Assembly: GCA_963812605.1 (NCBI GenBank)
Contig: CAWEWF010000014.1
Coordinates: forward strand, 192,001 to 256,000
From: an uncultured Verrucomicrobiae bacterium
GTDB taxonomy: Bacteria; Verrucomicrobiota; Verrucomicrobiia; Palsa-1439
Length of the DNA: 64,000 nucleotides
Direction of reading: 5' to 3'
Shown piece after piece: positions 40,661-50,694 of this stretch. The stretch's first letter is position 1. Each line of letters starts with the position of its first letter. The notes beneath the pieces are model-generated. The model saw nothing but the letters and a program-made list of their open reading frames with translations. It ran no database searches and was not told the origin of the DNA. The position numbers and the translations under genes were made by a program.

Positions 40661-41185
40661 ATGGCTACGCAACTGCGGCGGACAAAGCAGGAGTTCCTCC
40701 AGTCCCTGAGCCATGCCGCGCGCACGACGGTGGCGGCACTGGTATCGTTGCTGGTGGCGCGAGCCTTTCGACTTCCCGAGGCTTATTGGTCTACCATCAT
40801 GACCCTGGTCGTCGTGCAATCGACGCTGGGTGCTGCCTTGACGGTTTCGTGGCAACGTTTTGCTGGCACCGCGCTGGGAGCAGCCATGGCAGTACTGTTG
40901 GCCGCCATCTTTGGGCCCACCGTGATTGTATTCGGCGCCGGCGTGTTCCTCGCCGGGGTGATCTGCGAAATCATCCATTTGGACAGAAGCGCCTATCGCT
41001 TCGCCAGCGTCACTTTGGCGATCGTGATGTTGATCGCCCGTAATAAGCCCATCTGGGTCGTGGCCGTTCACCGGTTCGTCGAAGTGACCGTGGGAATTGC
41101 GGTCGGCTTGGTGCTTACCGCGCTCTGGCCGGAACGTGAACCTGGGGAAGCAGCAACTGTAACCCCGCAAGCGGAACGCCCTTGA
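40661..41185 (+). CDS. FUSC-like membrane protein
   Basis: AYWS..T..V.Q......SWQRFAGTALGA, RFVEVTVG. Confidence 0.8.
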   Translation: MATQLRRTKQEFLQSLSHAARTTVAALVSLLVARAFRLPEAYWSTIMTLVVVQSTLGAALTVSWQRFAGTALGAAMAVLLAAIFGPTVIVFGAGVFLAGVICEIIHLDRSAYRFASVTLAIVMLIARNKPIWVVAVHRFVEVTVGIAVGLVLTALWPEREPGEAATVTPQAERP

Positions 41186-41282
41186 CACGCATGCAGGACG
41201 GGTGAATGATGCAAGTGGCGTTGTTCTGCTAGAGCGCAGGTTGACGTTTGGCAGTCTGACCTGCAAAAGGAGAGAGGCGATT

Positions 41283-41804
41283 ATGACCACAAGTAACAAC
41301 GAGCCAGGGATTCACCATCCAAAATCAATCCTCGGACCGGGCACCCCGGCACCCGACTTTACATTGCATAGCACACCCGACCAGAGTGTCTCGCTGAGCG
41401 ATTTTCGCGGCCAGCCGGTCATCCTGGCGTTCTACCCGGCCGATTGGAGCCCGGTGTGCGGGGACCAGATGGCGCTCTACAATGAGCTTCTGCCGGAGTT
41501 TCACCGCTTTAACGCGGAACTGATCGGCCTTTCGGTCGATGGCATCTGGTGCCATCTGGCGTTTGCCAAGGATCGCAAGCTGCGGTTCCCGTTGCTTCCG
41601 GACTTCGAGCCAAAGGGCGCCGTGGCGCGCGCCTTCGGGGCCTACCGCCCGCAAGACGGCACCTGCGAGCGGGCCTTGTTCGTGATTGATGCCGAAGGAA
41701 CGATTCGCTGGAGCTACGTGTCGCCGGTCGGCGTCAATCCCGGCGCCGATGGTATCCTCGCGGCGCTCGAAGCGCTTCCGGCCAAACCAGAGGTGAAAGC
41801 ATGA
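41283..41804 (+). CDS. Peroxiredoxin (AhpC/TSA redoxin)
   Basis: APDFTL, FYPADWSPVC, ERALFVID. Confidence 0.9.
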   Translation: MTTSNNEPGIHHPKSILGPGTPAPDFTLHSTPDQSVSLSDFRGQPVILAFYPADWSPVCGDQMALYNELLPEFHRFNAELIGLSVDGIWCHLAFAKDRKLRFPLLPDFEPKGAVARAFGAYRPQDGTCERALFVIDAEGTIRWSYVSPVGVNPGADGILAALEALPAKPEVKA

Positions 41805-42337
41805 GAACACAGTGGGTAGCGAAACTTACTCTACCGGTGGGGGACCGCGATCACATTCAGGGGCTTGCAACCGCGCCGATCACCCTCGTGGAATATGGCG
41901 ATTACGAGTGCCCGTATTGCGGCCAGGCCTATCCGATCGTCAAGGAACTTCAAGAGCGATTGGGGAAGCGACTGCGCTTCGTTTTTCGCAATTTTCCGCT
42001 CTCGACGATGCATCCTCATGCCGAGCAGGCCGCGGAGGCCGCTGAGACGGCCGGGGCGCACGGCAAATTTTGGGAGATGCACAACGCCTTGTACGAAAAC
42101 CAGGAAGCGCTCGACGGAGAGGATTTGGTCCAGTATGCCGCCGCGCTCGGTCTCGATGCTTCCCGATTCACCAACGAACTTGCCAAGCACACCCAGGCCG
42201 CCCGCGTGCGCGAAGATTTTATGAGCGGCGCTCGCAGCGGGGTGAATGGCACGCCGACGTTTTTTATCAACGGGGTTCGCCACGACGACTCGTTTGATCC
42301 CGCCACGCTCTTGAAGGCAATGGAGGCCGCATTATGA
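41801..42337 (+). CDS. DsbA family thioredoxin-fold protein
   Basis: EYGDYECPYC, FRNFPL, GVNGTPTFFING. Confidence 0.9.
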   Translation: MRTQWVAKLTLPVGDRDHIQGLATAPITLVEYGDYECPYCGQAYPIVKELQERLGKRLRFVFRNFPLSTMHPHAEQAAEAAETAGAHGKFWEMHNALYENQEALDGEDLVQYAAALGLDASRFTNELAKHTQAARVREDFMSGARSGVNGTPTFFINGVRHDDSFDPATLLKAMEAAL

Positions 42338-42579
42338 AAGACCAGACCACCGATCAATCCGTCCTCAAGCATATTAAGGATCTTGCGGCAGAAGAGCATC
42401 GATTGTACGGGCAAGAATCGCTCGCAAGCGCCGAGACCGACCGGCTAAAAAAAATTGAAGTTGAATTGGACCAGTGCTGGGATCTGTTACGCCAGCGCCA
42501 GGCCCGGCGGGCGGCCGGACAGGACCCGAATAAAGCCCAGGTGCGCGCGCCAGGAATTGTCGAGAACTATGAGCAGTAG
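42334..42579 (+). CDS. DUF2630 family protein
   Basis: EVELDQCWDLLRQRQARR...VENYEQ. Confidence 0.88.
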   Translation: MKDQTTDQSVLKHIKDLAAEEHRLYGQESLASAETDRLKKIEVELDQCWDLLRQRQARRAAGQDPNKAQVRAPGIVENYEQ

Positions 42580-42596
42580 TGAAAGGAGGCAGAGCC

Positions 42597-43121
42597 ATGC
42601 CAAAGAGTGATGCAGCGCAACGAGAGGGACGGGAAAACGACTCTTTAAAAACGCCAACGGATCTCAGCCGCAAGGGTGTCGGCGGGATCTCCAACGCGCT
42701 CCGGCAGATGCTGGCTGACGTGTTTGCACTTTACGTGAAGACGAAGAATTTCCACTGGCATATGAGCGGGGCGCACTTTCGCGACTACCACCTGCTTTTG
42801 GACGAGCACGCCGACCAGGTGTTTGCCATGACGGACGATATTGCGGAACGCGCGCGCAAGATCGGGGGAACCACGCTCCATTCCATCAGCGACATTTCAC
42901 AGCATCAACGGCTGAAAGACAACAACGAGGAATTCGTCACCCCGAAGGACATGCTGGCCGAGCTGTCGGCGGACAACCAACATCTGACAAGGTCCCTGCG
43001 CGCCGCCCATGAGGTCTGCGAACAGTACAACGATGTCGCCACCGCCAGCATGATTGAGGTCTGGATTGACCAGACGGAACGACGGACGTGGTTCCTGTCA
43101 GAGATCGTGCGCGACCTGTAA
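42597..43121 (+). CDS. dps: Dps family DNA starvation/stationary phase protein
   Basis: KTKNFHWH..G.HFRDYHLLLDE, DDIAER, DQTERRTWFL. Confidence 0.93.
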   Translation: MPKSDAAQREGRENDSLKTPTDLSRKGVGGISNALRQMLADVFALYVKTKNFHWHMSGAHFRDYHLLLDEHADQVFAMTDDIAERARKIGGTTLHSISDISQHQRLKDNNEEFVTPKDMLAELSADNQHLTRSLRAAHEVCEQYNDVATASMIEVWIDQTERRTWFLSEIVRDL

Positions 43122-43289
43122 AGGAGTGTAGAGGCGCGGCAAGCTCGTACACCAAATCCAGCAGGAAGAAAGACATCATGATATTTGGTATATCGACAGC
43201 CACCTATTCGCTTGTTGTGTTGGCCATCGTCGCCGCAATCAAGTTCCGCGACGAAGCGGTTCGTCCAGCTTGAACGGTTTACACACTCC

Positions 43290-43784
43290 ATGCCAACGAT
43301 TCAGATTTCCGTGCAGCGTTTCAGCGTGGTCTCTCGCAATCCATTCGAGAGCGTGGTCGCGAAGCTCAGCGAGACAATCGGCCATCCGGACATGAAGACT
43401 TTTTCCAAGGATGTTACGGCGGCCAGGACGTACGCCGAACTGGAACAGGTCGTTCACAAGGCAATCGGAGCGTCCGGTTTGATGGAATTCGCCCGCTTCA
43501 ACATGGGCGAGATCCTGCGCAAGGAAAGCGGGACTGCAACGTCACACATTCTGCGCCTGGTCATCGGCAATCCGCTCATCATGAAGCAAATGGCCGTGCG
43601 CGTTCCCGACGCCGCGTCGTACGCGCCGGTGACGATCCTGATTGATGAACGCGCGGATGGAGTGCATTTGTCCTATGACCGAATGGCCAGCTATTTGGCT
43701 CCCTACGGCAATGCGGAGGCCCTGAAGGTCGCCCGGGATCTGGATTCCAAGATCGAGGCCCTCCTGGCGACGGCAGCCACCTGA
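43290..43784 (+). CDS. DUF302 domain protein
   Basis: IGNPLIM...AASYAPVTILI...LSYD. Confidence 0.85.
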   Translation: MPTIQISVQRFSVVSRNPFESVVAKLSETIGHPDMKTFSKDVTAARTYAELEQVVHKAIGASGLMEFARFNMGEILRKESGTATSHILRLVIGNPLIMKQMAVRVPDAASYAPVTILIDERADGVHLSYDRMASYLAPYGNAEALKVARDLDSKIEALLATAAT

Positions 43785-43844
43785 ATGATCCGGCTGCGCA
43801 CGTCACCGCAAAGGCTCGCGGTCAAAGTCGAAAGAAACATCACT

Positions 43845-44819
43845 ATGATAAGCAAATTCAAAAGCCACCTTTCCAACACAGCGTCGTTTCGAATTCTGAC
43901 CAGAGCGGTGTGCGCCTGCTTGTTCATACTTTTAGCTGGGTCGGGGTTTGCGGCGTCTGATTTACCGGAGCCAACGCACAGTCGGTTTGCCGACGTCAAT
44001 GGCGTGCGGTTGCACTATCTGATCGCCGGCCAGGGCGACCCAGTCGTACTCCTTCACGGCTACGCCGAAACCAGTCACATGTGGCTCCCGCTGATTGCGG
44101 AACTTGCCAAGACCCATACCGTTATTGCGCCGGACCTGCGCGGCGCCGGTCAATCGTCCACACCGGCTGACGGTTACACCAAGGCCGTGATGGCCCAGGA
44201 CATTCATGCGCTGGTGCACAGCCTCGGGTACGAACATATTCAGATCGTCGGGCATGATATTGGGCTGATGGTGGCCTACGCCTATGCGGCGCAATATCCG
44301 AGCGAGGTGAATCGGATCGTGTTGATGGACGCCTTCCTGCCTGGCGTGGGGAACTGGCGCGATGTCTGGCTGATGCGTGACCTCTGGCATTTCCATTTCT
44401 ACGGCAAGACGCCGCTCGCGCTCGTGCACGGTCGTGAACGCATTTATTTTGAGCATTTCTGGAATGATTTTGCCGCCGACCCCGCCCACTCGGTGCCAGA
44501 GCGCGACCGCCGGATTTACGCCGCCGCTTACGCGCAACCCGACCACATGCGCGCGGGCTTCGAGTATTTCCGAGCGTTCGAGCAGGACGCGCAGGATTTT
44601 GCGGGGTTCGCCAAAACGCCGTTGTCCATGCCGATGCTGGTTCTGAGCGGCGAAAAGGCTTCCGGGGAATTCCTGATCCAACAGGGCCGTCTTGTGGCGA
44701 CCAATGTCGAAGGCGTCATCGTGCATGGTTCTGGACACTGGCTCATGGAAGAGGCGGCCGATCAGGTCATTCCCAAACTAGTTGAGTTCCTCAATCGCCC
44801 GACGGCACCGGTTCACTAA
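43845..44819 (+). CDS. Alpha/beta hydrolase (epoxide hydrolase-like)
   Basis: LLHGY, PDLRGAG, GHDIG nucleophile elbow, GHWLMEE. Confidence 0.9.
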   Translation: MISKFKSHLSNTASFRILTRAVCACLFILLAGSGFAASDLPEPTHSRFADVNGVRLHYLIAGQGDPVVLLHGYAETSHMWLPLIAELAKTHTVIAPDLRGAGQSSTPADGYTKAVMAQDIHALVHSLGYEHIQIVGHDIGLMVAYAYAAQYPSEVNRIVLMDAFLPGVGNWRDVWLMRDLWHFHFYGKTPLALVHGRERIYFEHFWNDFAADPAHSVPERDRRIYAAAYAQPDHMRAGFEYFRAFEQDAQDFAGFAKTPLSMPMLVLSGEKASGEFLIQQGRLVATNVEGVIVHGSGHWLMEEAADQVIPKLVEFLNRPTAPVH

Positions 44820-45478
44820 TGAATGGTCCACACGCAAAGCAGCCAGTCCTCACGGCCGGTCCAACGCCAGAGAAAGCGGATGCGACGCTTCTGCTGGTGC
44901 ACGGACGAGGCGCCTCCGCCGAGAGCATTCTCCCGCTATACGATGAATTGAATAGCGGAAAACTCGCGGCGATCGCACCGCAGGCGGCTGGAAATACGTG
45001 GTACCCGCATTCCTTCCTGGCGCCGCTCGATGCGAACCAGCCATATCTGGACTCGGCGCTGGGCCGGCTCGAATCGCTTGTGGATGATCTTCTGGCCCGG
45101 GGAATCCCGAGCGAACGGATCGTCCTGCTGGGTTTCTCGCAAGGAGCCTGCCTCACGGTGGAATTCTCCGCGAGACATCCGCGGCATTATGGCGCGGTGA
45201 TCGGGCTGACGGGTGGCCTTATCGGGCCCCCCGGCACTCCGAGGAATTATCCGGGATCGCTCGCCGGCACGCCGGTATTCCTCGGTACGAGCGACCCCGA
45301 TCCACACGTTCCGTTCGAGCGCGTGCAGGAGACCGAGGCGGTATTGAGGCGGATGGGCGCGAAGGTGGAACTGCGCCGTTATCCCGGGATGCCGCACACG
45401 ATCAATGACGATGAACTCGACGCGTGCCGAAAGTTGGTTCATCACGTCGTCGCCGCCACTCAAAAGGGCCGACCATGA
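44819..45478 (+). CDS. Phospholipase/carboxylesterase
   Basis: HGRG, GFSQGA, DPHVP, HTI. Confidence 0.9.
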   Translation: MNGPHAKQPVLTAGPTPEKADATLLLVHGRGASAESILPLYDELNSGKLAAIAPQAAGNTWYPHSFLAPLDANQPYLDSALGRLESLVDDLLARGIPSERIVLLGFSQGACLTVEFSARHPRHYGAVIGLTGGLIGPPGTPRNYPGSLAGTPVFLGTSDPDPHVPFERVQETEAVLRRMGAKVELRRYPGMPHTINDDELDACRKLVHHVVAATQKGRP

Positions 45479-46458
45479 CGACCACCGAGAAAACGATCCC
45501 GGGACTGCACCACGTCACCGCCATCACCGCCGACGCGCAGAAGAACATCGACTTCTACTGCGGCGTGTTGGGCTTGCGGCTGGTGAAATTGACGGTGAAC
45601 TTTGACGATCCCGGGAGTTATCACCTCTACTACGGCGACGAACTGGGACGGCCGGGGACGATTCTGACTTTTTTTGCCTGGGCCGGCGCGTATCGCGGGC
45701 GAGTTGGGCCGCCGCAGGTCACCGTCACCGCATTCGCCGTTCCATTCGGTGCAATCGACTACTGGTCCAAGCGTTTGAAGGATCGAGGCGTGGAACCGAA
45801 GGCCGGTGTCGATCGCTTTGGTGAACGCGTCCTGGGGTTCTCCGACCCCGATGGGATGCAACTGGAAATCATCAGCCCCGTGGAGGTGGTGGAGCCGAAA
45901 GGCCAGCCCTGGGCCGCCGGCCCGGTTCCCGTCGAGCAGGCCATTCGCGGGTTCCACAGTATCACGATTTCGGAGGAGGGATATGAAAACACCGCCAAAC
46001 TCCTGGCGGAGGTAATGGGTTTCAAATCCGTCGGCAGCGAACAGAATCGCTTCCGCTACCGTGCCGGCACCGGCGACGGGTTCGCATCCACGGTCGATTT
46101 GTTCTGCGTACCGGATGCGCATCACGGTGGCATGGGGGCGGGCGTTGTCCATCACGTCGCCTTCCGCACGAAGGACGATGCCCAACAGAAAGCCTGGCAC
46201 AAAGAAATCGCCGGCAAAGGTTTCAATATTTCGCCGGTGATGGACCGCACTTATTTCCATTCGATTTACTATCGCGAACCGGGCGGCGTGCTTTTCGAAA
46301 TCGCCACGAACAATCCGGGGTTTACCGTCGACGAGTCGGCGGAGCAGCTTGGAGGAAAGCTGATGCTGCCTCCATGGCTTGAGCCAAACCGCAAGGCCAT
46401 CGAACGGGCGGTCCCGCCGGTGCGCTTGCCGTCGAGCGGCGCGGGGCGCAAGCGTTAA
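45475..46458 (+). CDS. Ring-cleaving dioxygenase (VOC, MhqO-like)
   Basis: GLHHVTAI, TVNFDDP..YHLYYG, VHHVAFR, DRTYFHSIYYREPGGVLFEIAT. Confidence 0.92.
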   Translation: MTTTEKTIPGLHHVTAITADAQKNIDFYCGVLGLRLVKLTVNFDDPGSYHLYYGDELGRPGTILTFFAWAGAYRGRVGPPQVTVTAFAVPFGAIDYWSKRLKDRGVEPKAGVDRFGERVLGFSDPDGMQLEIISPVEVVEPKGQPWAAGPVPVEQAIRGFHSITISEEGYENTAKLLAEVMGFKSVGSEQNRFRYRAGTGDGFASTVDLFCVPDAHHGGMGAGVVHHVAFRTKDDAQQKAWHKEIAGKGFNISPVMDRTYFHSIYYREPGGVLFEIATNNPGFTVDESAEQLGGKLMLPPWLEPNRKAIERAVPPVRLPSSGAGRKR

Positions 46459-46472
46459 GAAACGGAATTCTC

Positions 46473-47438
46473 ATGCGAGCCGTCGTCATTCATCAGTTCG
46501 GTGACCCGAAGGTGTTGAAAGTGGAGGAGGTACCGACTCCCGAACCACGCGGCGACGAAGTGCTGGTCGCGATCAAGGCGGCGTCGATCAATCCCAGCGA
46601 CGTGAAGAATGTGGCCGGGACCATGCATGGCACCACGCTTCCGAGGATCCCCGGCCGCGATTTTGCGGGGATCGTCGTTCGGGGGGCTGGCGATCTCATA
46701 AATCGCGAAGTCTGGGGAACCGGCGGTGACATCGGGTTCACCCGTGATGGCTCACACGCCGAGTATCTTCTTCTGCCAAGGGCCGCCGTAACGCCAAAGC
46801 CCGTGGCGCTTTCGATGGAGGCTGCCGCGACCGCCGGTCTGGTATTCGTTACCGCCTGGTCTGCGCTGGTGACGACTGCGGAAGTGTCATCGGGTGGAAC
46901 GGTGGTGATTATTGGCGCTGCCGGCGGAGTTGGGTCAGCGGCCGTCCAAATCGCCAGGGCCCGTGGAGCGCGGGTCATCGGCGCTGTCCGTTCGGATGAT
47001 GATTTCCCGGCGGCGCGGCAGAACGGCGCGGATGAAGTGATCAATTCCCGGTCGGCAAGTATTATCGACGGTGTCCGATCCATCTCGAAGGAGCGCGGGG
47101 CAGACGTTGTCTTTGATACCAGCGGGCTGATGTTTGCCGAGAGTATTGAGATGGCGGGCATGGGTGCGCGCATCCTGGTGATTACGGCCCCGGCTGACGG
47201 CAAAGCCTCGTTTAACCTGCGTAGCATTTATCGCAAAGAGCTTCGTGTCCAGGGTGTCGACACGCGAGTGCTGGATGCCGTTGCCTGCGCAAAATTATTG
47301 GCCCAGATGACCCCCGGCTTCGAGTCCGGGCAATTCAAGGCCAGGCCGGGCAAGCCCATGCCTCTGGCCGCGGCGGTGGAAGCGTATGAGCAAGCTGCGC
47401 ATGGAGGCGGGCGAATTGTGTTGCGACCGGAACTTTGA
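46473..47438 (+). CDS. MDR-family NADPH:quinone oxidoreductase
   Basis: ASINPSD, PGRDFAG, GAAGGVG. Confidence 0.88.
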   Translation: MRAVVIHQFGDPKVLKVEEVPTPEPRGDEVLVAIKAASINPSDVKNVAGTMHGTTLPRIPGRDFAGIVVRGAGDLINREVWGTGGDIGFTRDGSHAEYLLLPRAAVTPKPVALSMEAAATAGLVFVTAWSALVTTAEVSSGGTVVIIGAAGGVGSAAVQIARARGARVIGAVRSDDDFPAARQNGADEVINSRSASIIDGVRSISKERGADVVFDTSGLMFAESIEMAGMGARILVITAPADGKASFNLRSIYRKELRVQGVDTRVLDAVACAKLLAQMTPGFESGQFKARPGKPMPLAAAVEAYEQAAHGGGRIVLRPEL

Positions 47439-47480
47439 AGTGGCCGTGGAGCATCCAAGATCACAGCATGCATATTTGTC

Positions 47481-48425
47481 ATGAATGAGGTTCTCCATTT
47501 CACGGCTCGCTATGGGTTGCTGTTATTGTTCGCGGTTGTCTTCATTGAACAATTGGGCGCACCGCTGCCGTCTCCACCATTCCTGTTGGCCGCGGGTGGC
47601 CTGGCGGGCGTCGGTAAAATGAATCCTCTGCTGGCGCTGCTGGTGGCCACTTTGGGCTCGGTCCTGGCGGACAGTATCTGGTTTTATCTCGGTCGCGTCC
47701 GCGGCAGCCGCCTCTTGCGTCTCCTTTGCCGCATTTCCCTTGAGCCGGATACCTGTGTCATGCGGACCGAGAATATCTTCGTGCGGTACGGCGTGCGGGG
47801 TGTTCTTTTTGCGAAATTCATTCCGGGTCTGGGCACCGTAATGCCGCCGCTGGCCGGGATGTACGGGGTGAGCATTCGCCGTTTTCTCGCCTTCGACGGC
47901 CTGGGGGCGATGCTGTACACGGGTTGCTTCCTGCTGCTGGGGGTTCTGTTCAGCAGCCAGCTCCAGCGGGTGGCCGACGCGTTGGATCAATTGGGAAAGG
48001 GCGCGCTGGTGTTATTGGGGGGACTCTTCGCGGCGTACATCGCGTTTAAGTACATCCAACGGCAGCGCGTGTTGCGGAAACTGCGCATCGCGCGAATCAC
48101 CGCGGAAGAACTTCGGCAACGACAGGAAGTTGGCGGAGATGTTTTCATTGTGGACCTGCGGTCGCCGATGGCAGTGCAAAGCGACCCGTATCGCATACCC
48201 GGCGCGCGGCACCTGCTCTTGGACGACGTGGAAAAATGGCTGCCCAATATCCCCCGCGATCAGGAAGTAGTCCTTTATTGCTCCTGCCCGAATGAAGCCA
48301 GTGCCGCCCGCGCGGCGTTCATCCTCTACAAGCGCGGAATCACGCGCGTGCGACCCCTGTTGGGAGGTATGGATGCCTGGCGAGAGCTAAACTATCCGCT
48401 GGAAGCTTCCGTCAATGGAAGCTGA
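47481..48425 (+). CDS. DedA (VTT) + rhodanese-like fusion
   Basis: EQLGAPLP, AKFIPG, YCSCPNEASAA, PLLGGMDAW. Confidence 0.88.
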   Translation: MNEVLHFTARYGLLLLFAVVFIEQLGAPLPSPPFLLAAGGLAGVGKMNPLLALLVATLGSVLADSIWFYLGRVRGSRLLRLLCRISLEPDTCVMRTENIFVRYGVRGVLFAKFIPGLGTVMPPLAGMYGVSIRRFLAFDGLGAMLYTGCFLLLGVLFSSQLQRVADALDQLGKGALVLLGGLFAAYIAFKYIQRQRVLRKLRIARITAEELRQRQEVGGDVFIVDLRSPMAVQSDPYRIPGARHLLLDDVEKWLPNIPRDQEVVLYCSCPNEASAARAAFILYKRGITRVRPLLGGMDAWRELNYPLEASVNGS

Positions 48426-48451
48426 TCGATGATCACGAGAGGAAACCAAAG

Positions 48452-49027
48452 ATGATTCATACATCGTCAAAAGCAACGCTCACGCCCCCGGTGGGAAAAC
48501 GCGACCACATTCACGGCCCGGCGACCGCGATGGTGACACTGGTCGAATATGGCGATTACCAGTGTCCCTTCTGCGGCGACACGCATCCAATCATCCAGAA
48601 ACTTCAAAAACACTTTGGCGACCAATTGCGATTTGTCTTTCGGAATTTTCCACAGGTCAGGGTCCACGCCTACGCCCAGCGCGCGGCGGAAGCCTCGGAA
48701 GCGGCCAGTGGCCAGGGCAAATTTTGGGAGATGCACGATTATTTGTACGAGCATTCGGAACCGCTCGATGCCGAGAATCTGGCGCGCGCCGCTGGCGCGC
48801 TTGGCCTGGATAAGGTAGAATTTGACCGCGACGTTGCCGAGCGCGCCTATGCTGAGCGGGTCGAGCAGGACGTTCAGAGTGGGATCGCCAGCGGGGTGGG
48901 CGGTACACCAACAATATTCATCAATGGCGTGCGCAGTGACGATGGCGATGATTTCGAGACATTGAAAGCGAAAATTGAAGAAGCGATCGTGCTCGGCAAG
49001 GCATCCAAAGCAAAGCGGCGTTCCTGA
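48452..49027 (+). CDS. DsbA family protein (second paralog)
   Basis: EYGDYQCPFC, FRNFP, GTPTIFING. Confidence 0.9.
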   Translation: MIHTSSKATLTPPVGKRDHIHGPATAMVTLVEYGDYQCPFCGDTHPIIQKLQKHFGDQLRFVFRNFPQVRVHAYAQRAAEASEAASGQGKFWEMHDYLYEHSEPLDAENLARAAGALGLDKVEFDRDVAERAYAERVEQDVQSGIASGVGGTPTIFINGVRSDDGDDFETLKAKIEEAIVLGKASKAKRRS

Positions 49028-49029
49028 TT

Positions 49030-50691
49030 ATGGCCAAACCAGTGATATGGACAGTGGATGACGACCCCGACGTGCTGCGGGCCGTGGAGCGGGATTTGCG
49101 AAGGCAGTACGGGAACCGGTATCGGGTCATGGCCGCCGATTCGGGCGCGGGGGCCTTGGAATCGGTCAAGCAATTGAAATTGCGCAACGATACGGTCGCG
49201 CTGTTTCTGGTGGATCAACGAATGCCGCGCATGTCGGGCGTGGAATTCCTCGAAGCGGCGCTGGAGTTCTATCCTGAAGCCAAACGCGCCCTGCTCACCG
49301 CCTATGCGGACACCGACGCCGCGATTCGCGCCATCAACTCGGTAAAGATCGATCACTACCTGATGAAACCGTGGGACCCGCCCGAAGAACGTCTCTACGG
49401 AGTCGTGGACGATTTGCTCGACGACTGGCAGGCGGGATTTCGCCCACCCTTTGACGGCATTCGGATTGTGGGACACCGCTGGTCGCCCCACTTCAACCAG
49501 ATCCGGGATTTCTTGGCGAGGAATTCGATTCCGTACCAACTTCTGGACGCTGAGACGGATGAGACGGCCCGTCAGTTGATGGAGAGTTGTAGCATCGATG
49601 GCAAACAGTTGCCGCTGGTTGTCTTTGCGGACGGATCCCATTTGCAGGACCCGACGTCTGGCGCGGTCGCTGAGAAGCTTGGGTTAAAGACCCGGGCGGA
49701 ATTGCCGTTTTATGATTTGGTAATCGTCGGAGGCGGCCCGGCGGGACTGGCGGCGGCGGTTTATGGAGCGGCTGATGGGTTGCGAACGCTATTGATCGAG
49801 CGGGAAGCTCCCGGCGGGCAGGCCGGCCGGAGCTCCCGAATCGAGAATTACCTCGGGTTCCCGACCGGCCTCAGCGGATTTGACCTGGCCCGGCGGGCCG
49901 TCAGCCAGGCCCGACGGTTCGGCGTGGAGATTCTCGCTCCGCAAGAAGTAACCGGAGTCCGGGTGGATGGACCATCCCGTTTTGTCACCTTGGGAAACGG
50001 CACGGAAATCGGCTGCCGCGCGTTGTTGATTGCGACGGGCATTGCCTTCCGCAAAGTAGATGTGCCGGGCGTGGAGGAATTGACTGGCGCGGGAGTTTAC
50101 TACTATGCGCCAATGACCGAGGCGTTGTCCTACAAGAACGAAGACGTGTACATCGTCGGCGGGGCCAACTCGGCGGGGCAGGCCGCGATGTATTTTTCCA
50201 AGTACGCGCGGAGCGTCACGATGTTGGTGCGCGGCGATTCCCTTTCGGCGAATATGTCGCAGTACCTCGAAGACCAGATCGGCGCCACGAAAAACATTGT
50301 GGTGAGACTGAACACGAGCGTGCTCGAAGTGAAAGGCAGCGGTCGCTGTGAAACCATCACGCTCATGAACAACAAGACGTGCGCGAGGGAAACGGTCCCG
50401 GCGAGCGCCCTGTTGTTCTACGTGGGGGCCATTCCGTATACCGATTGGTTGGCCGGCGTGGTCGAGCGCGACGCACAAGGGTATATTTTTTCGGGAGCGC
50501 ATTTGCTGCGGGAGGGAAAGCGACCGGGCGGTTGGGCGCCAGACCGCGATCCGCTTATGCTTGAGACCAGCGTGCCGGGGATCTTTGTGGCCGGCGATGT
50601 GCGCCATGCATCCGCCAAAGGTGTCACCTCCGGAGTAGGGGAAGGCGCGATGGCCGTCAAACTCATCCACCAGTATCTCAGCACGGTGTAA
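49030..50691 (+). CDS. Response-regulator receiver fused to thioredoxin reductase-like flavoprotein
   Basis: VDDDP, DQRMP, KPW; GGGPAG, GGQA..SSRIENYLGFP, GGANSAGQAA, AGDVR. Confidence 0.92.
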   Translation: MAKPVIWTVDDDPDVLRAVERDLRRQYGNRYRVMAADSGAGALESVKQLKLRNDTVALFLVDQRMPRMSGVEFLEAALEFYPEAKRALLTAYADTDAAIRAINSVKIDHYLMKPWDPPEERLYGVVDDLLDDWQAGFRPPFDGIRIVGHRWSPHFNQIRDFLARNSIPYQLLDAETDETARQLMESCSIDGKQLPLVVFADGSHLQDPTSGAVAEKLGLKTRAELPFYDLVIVGGGPAGLAAAVYGAADGLRTLLIEREAPGGQAGRSSRIENYLGFPTGLSGFDLARRAVSQARRFGVEILAPQEVTGVRVDGPSRFVTLGNGTEIGCRALLIATGIAFRKVDVPGVEELTGAGVYYYAPMTEALSYKNEDVYIVGGANSAGQAAMYFSKYARSVTMLVRGDSLSANMSQYLEDQIGATKNIVVRLNTSVLEVKGSGRCETITLMNNKTCARETVPASALLFYVGAIPYTDWLAGVVERDAQGYIFSGAHLLREGKRPGGWAPDRDPLMLETSVPGIFVAGDVRHASAKGVTSGVGEGAMAVKLIHQYLSTV

Positions 50692-50694
50692 ACC

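Noticed and set aside
43178-43273. Small hydrophobic ORF MIFGISTATYSLVVLAIVAAIKFRDEAVRPA
   Set aside because: Possibly a remnant of a membrane gene, but too short to support
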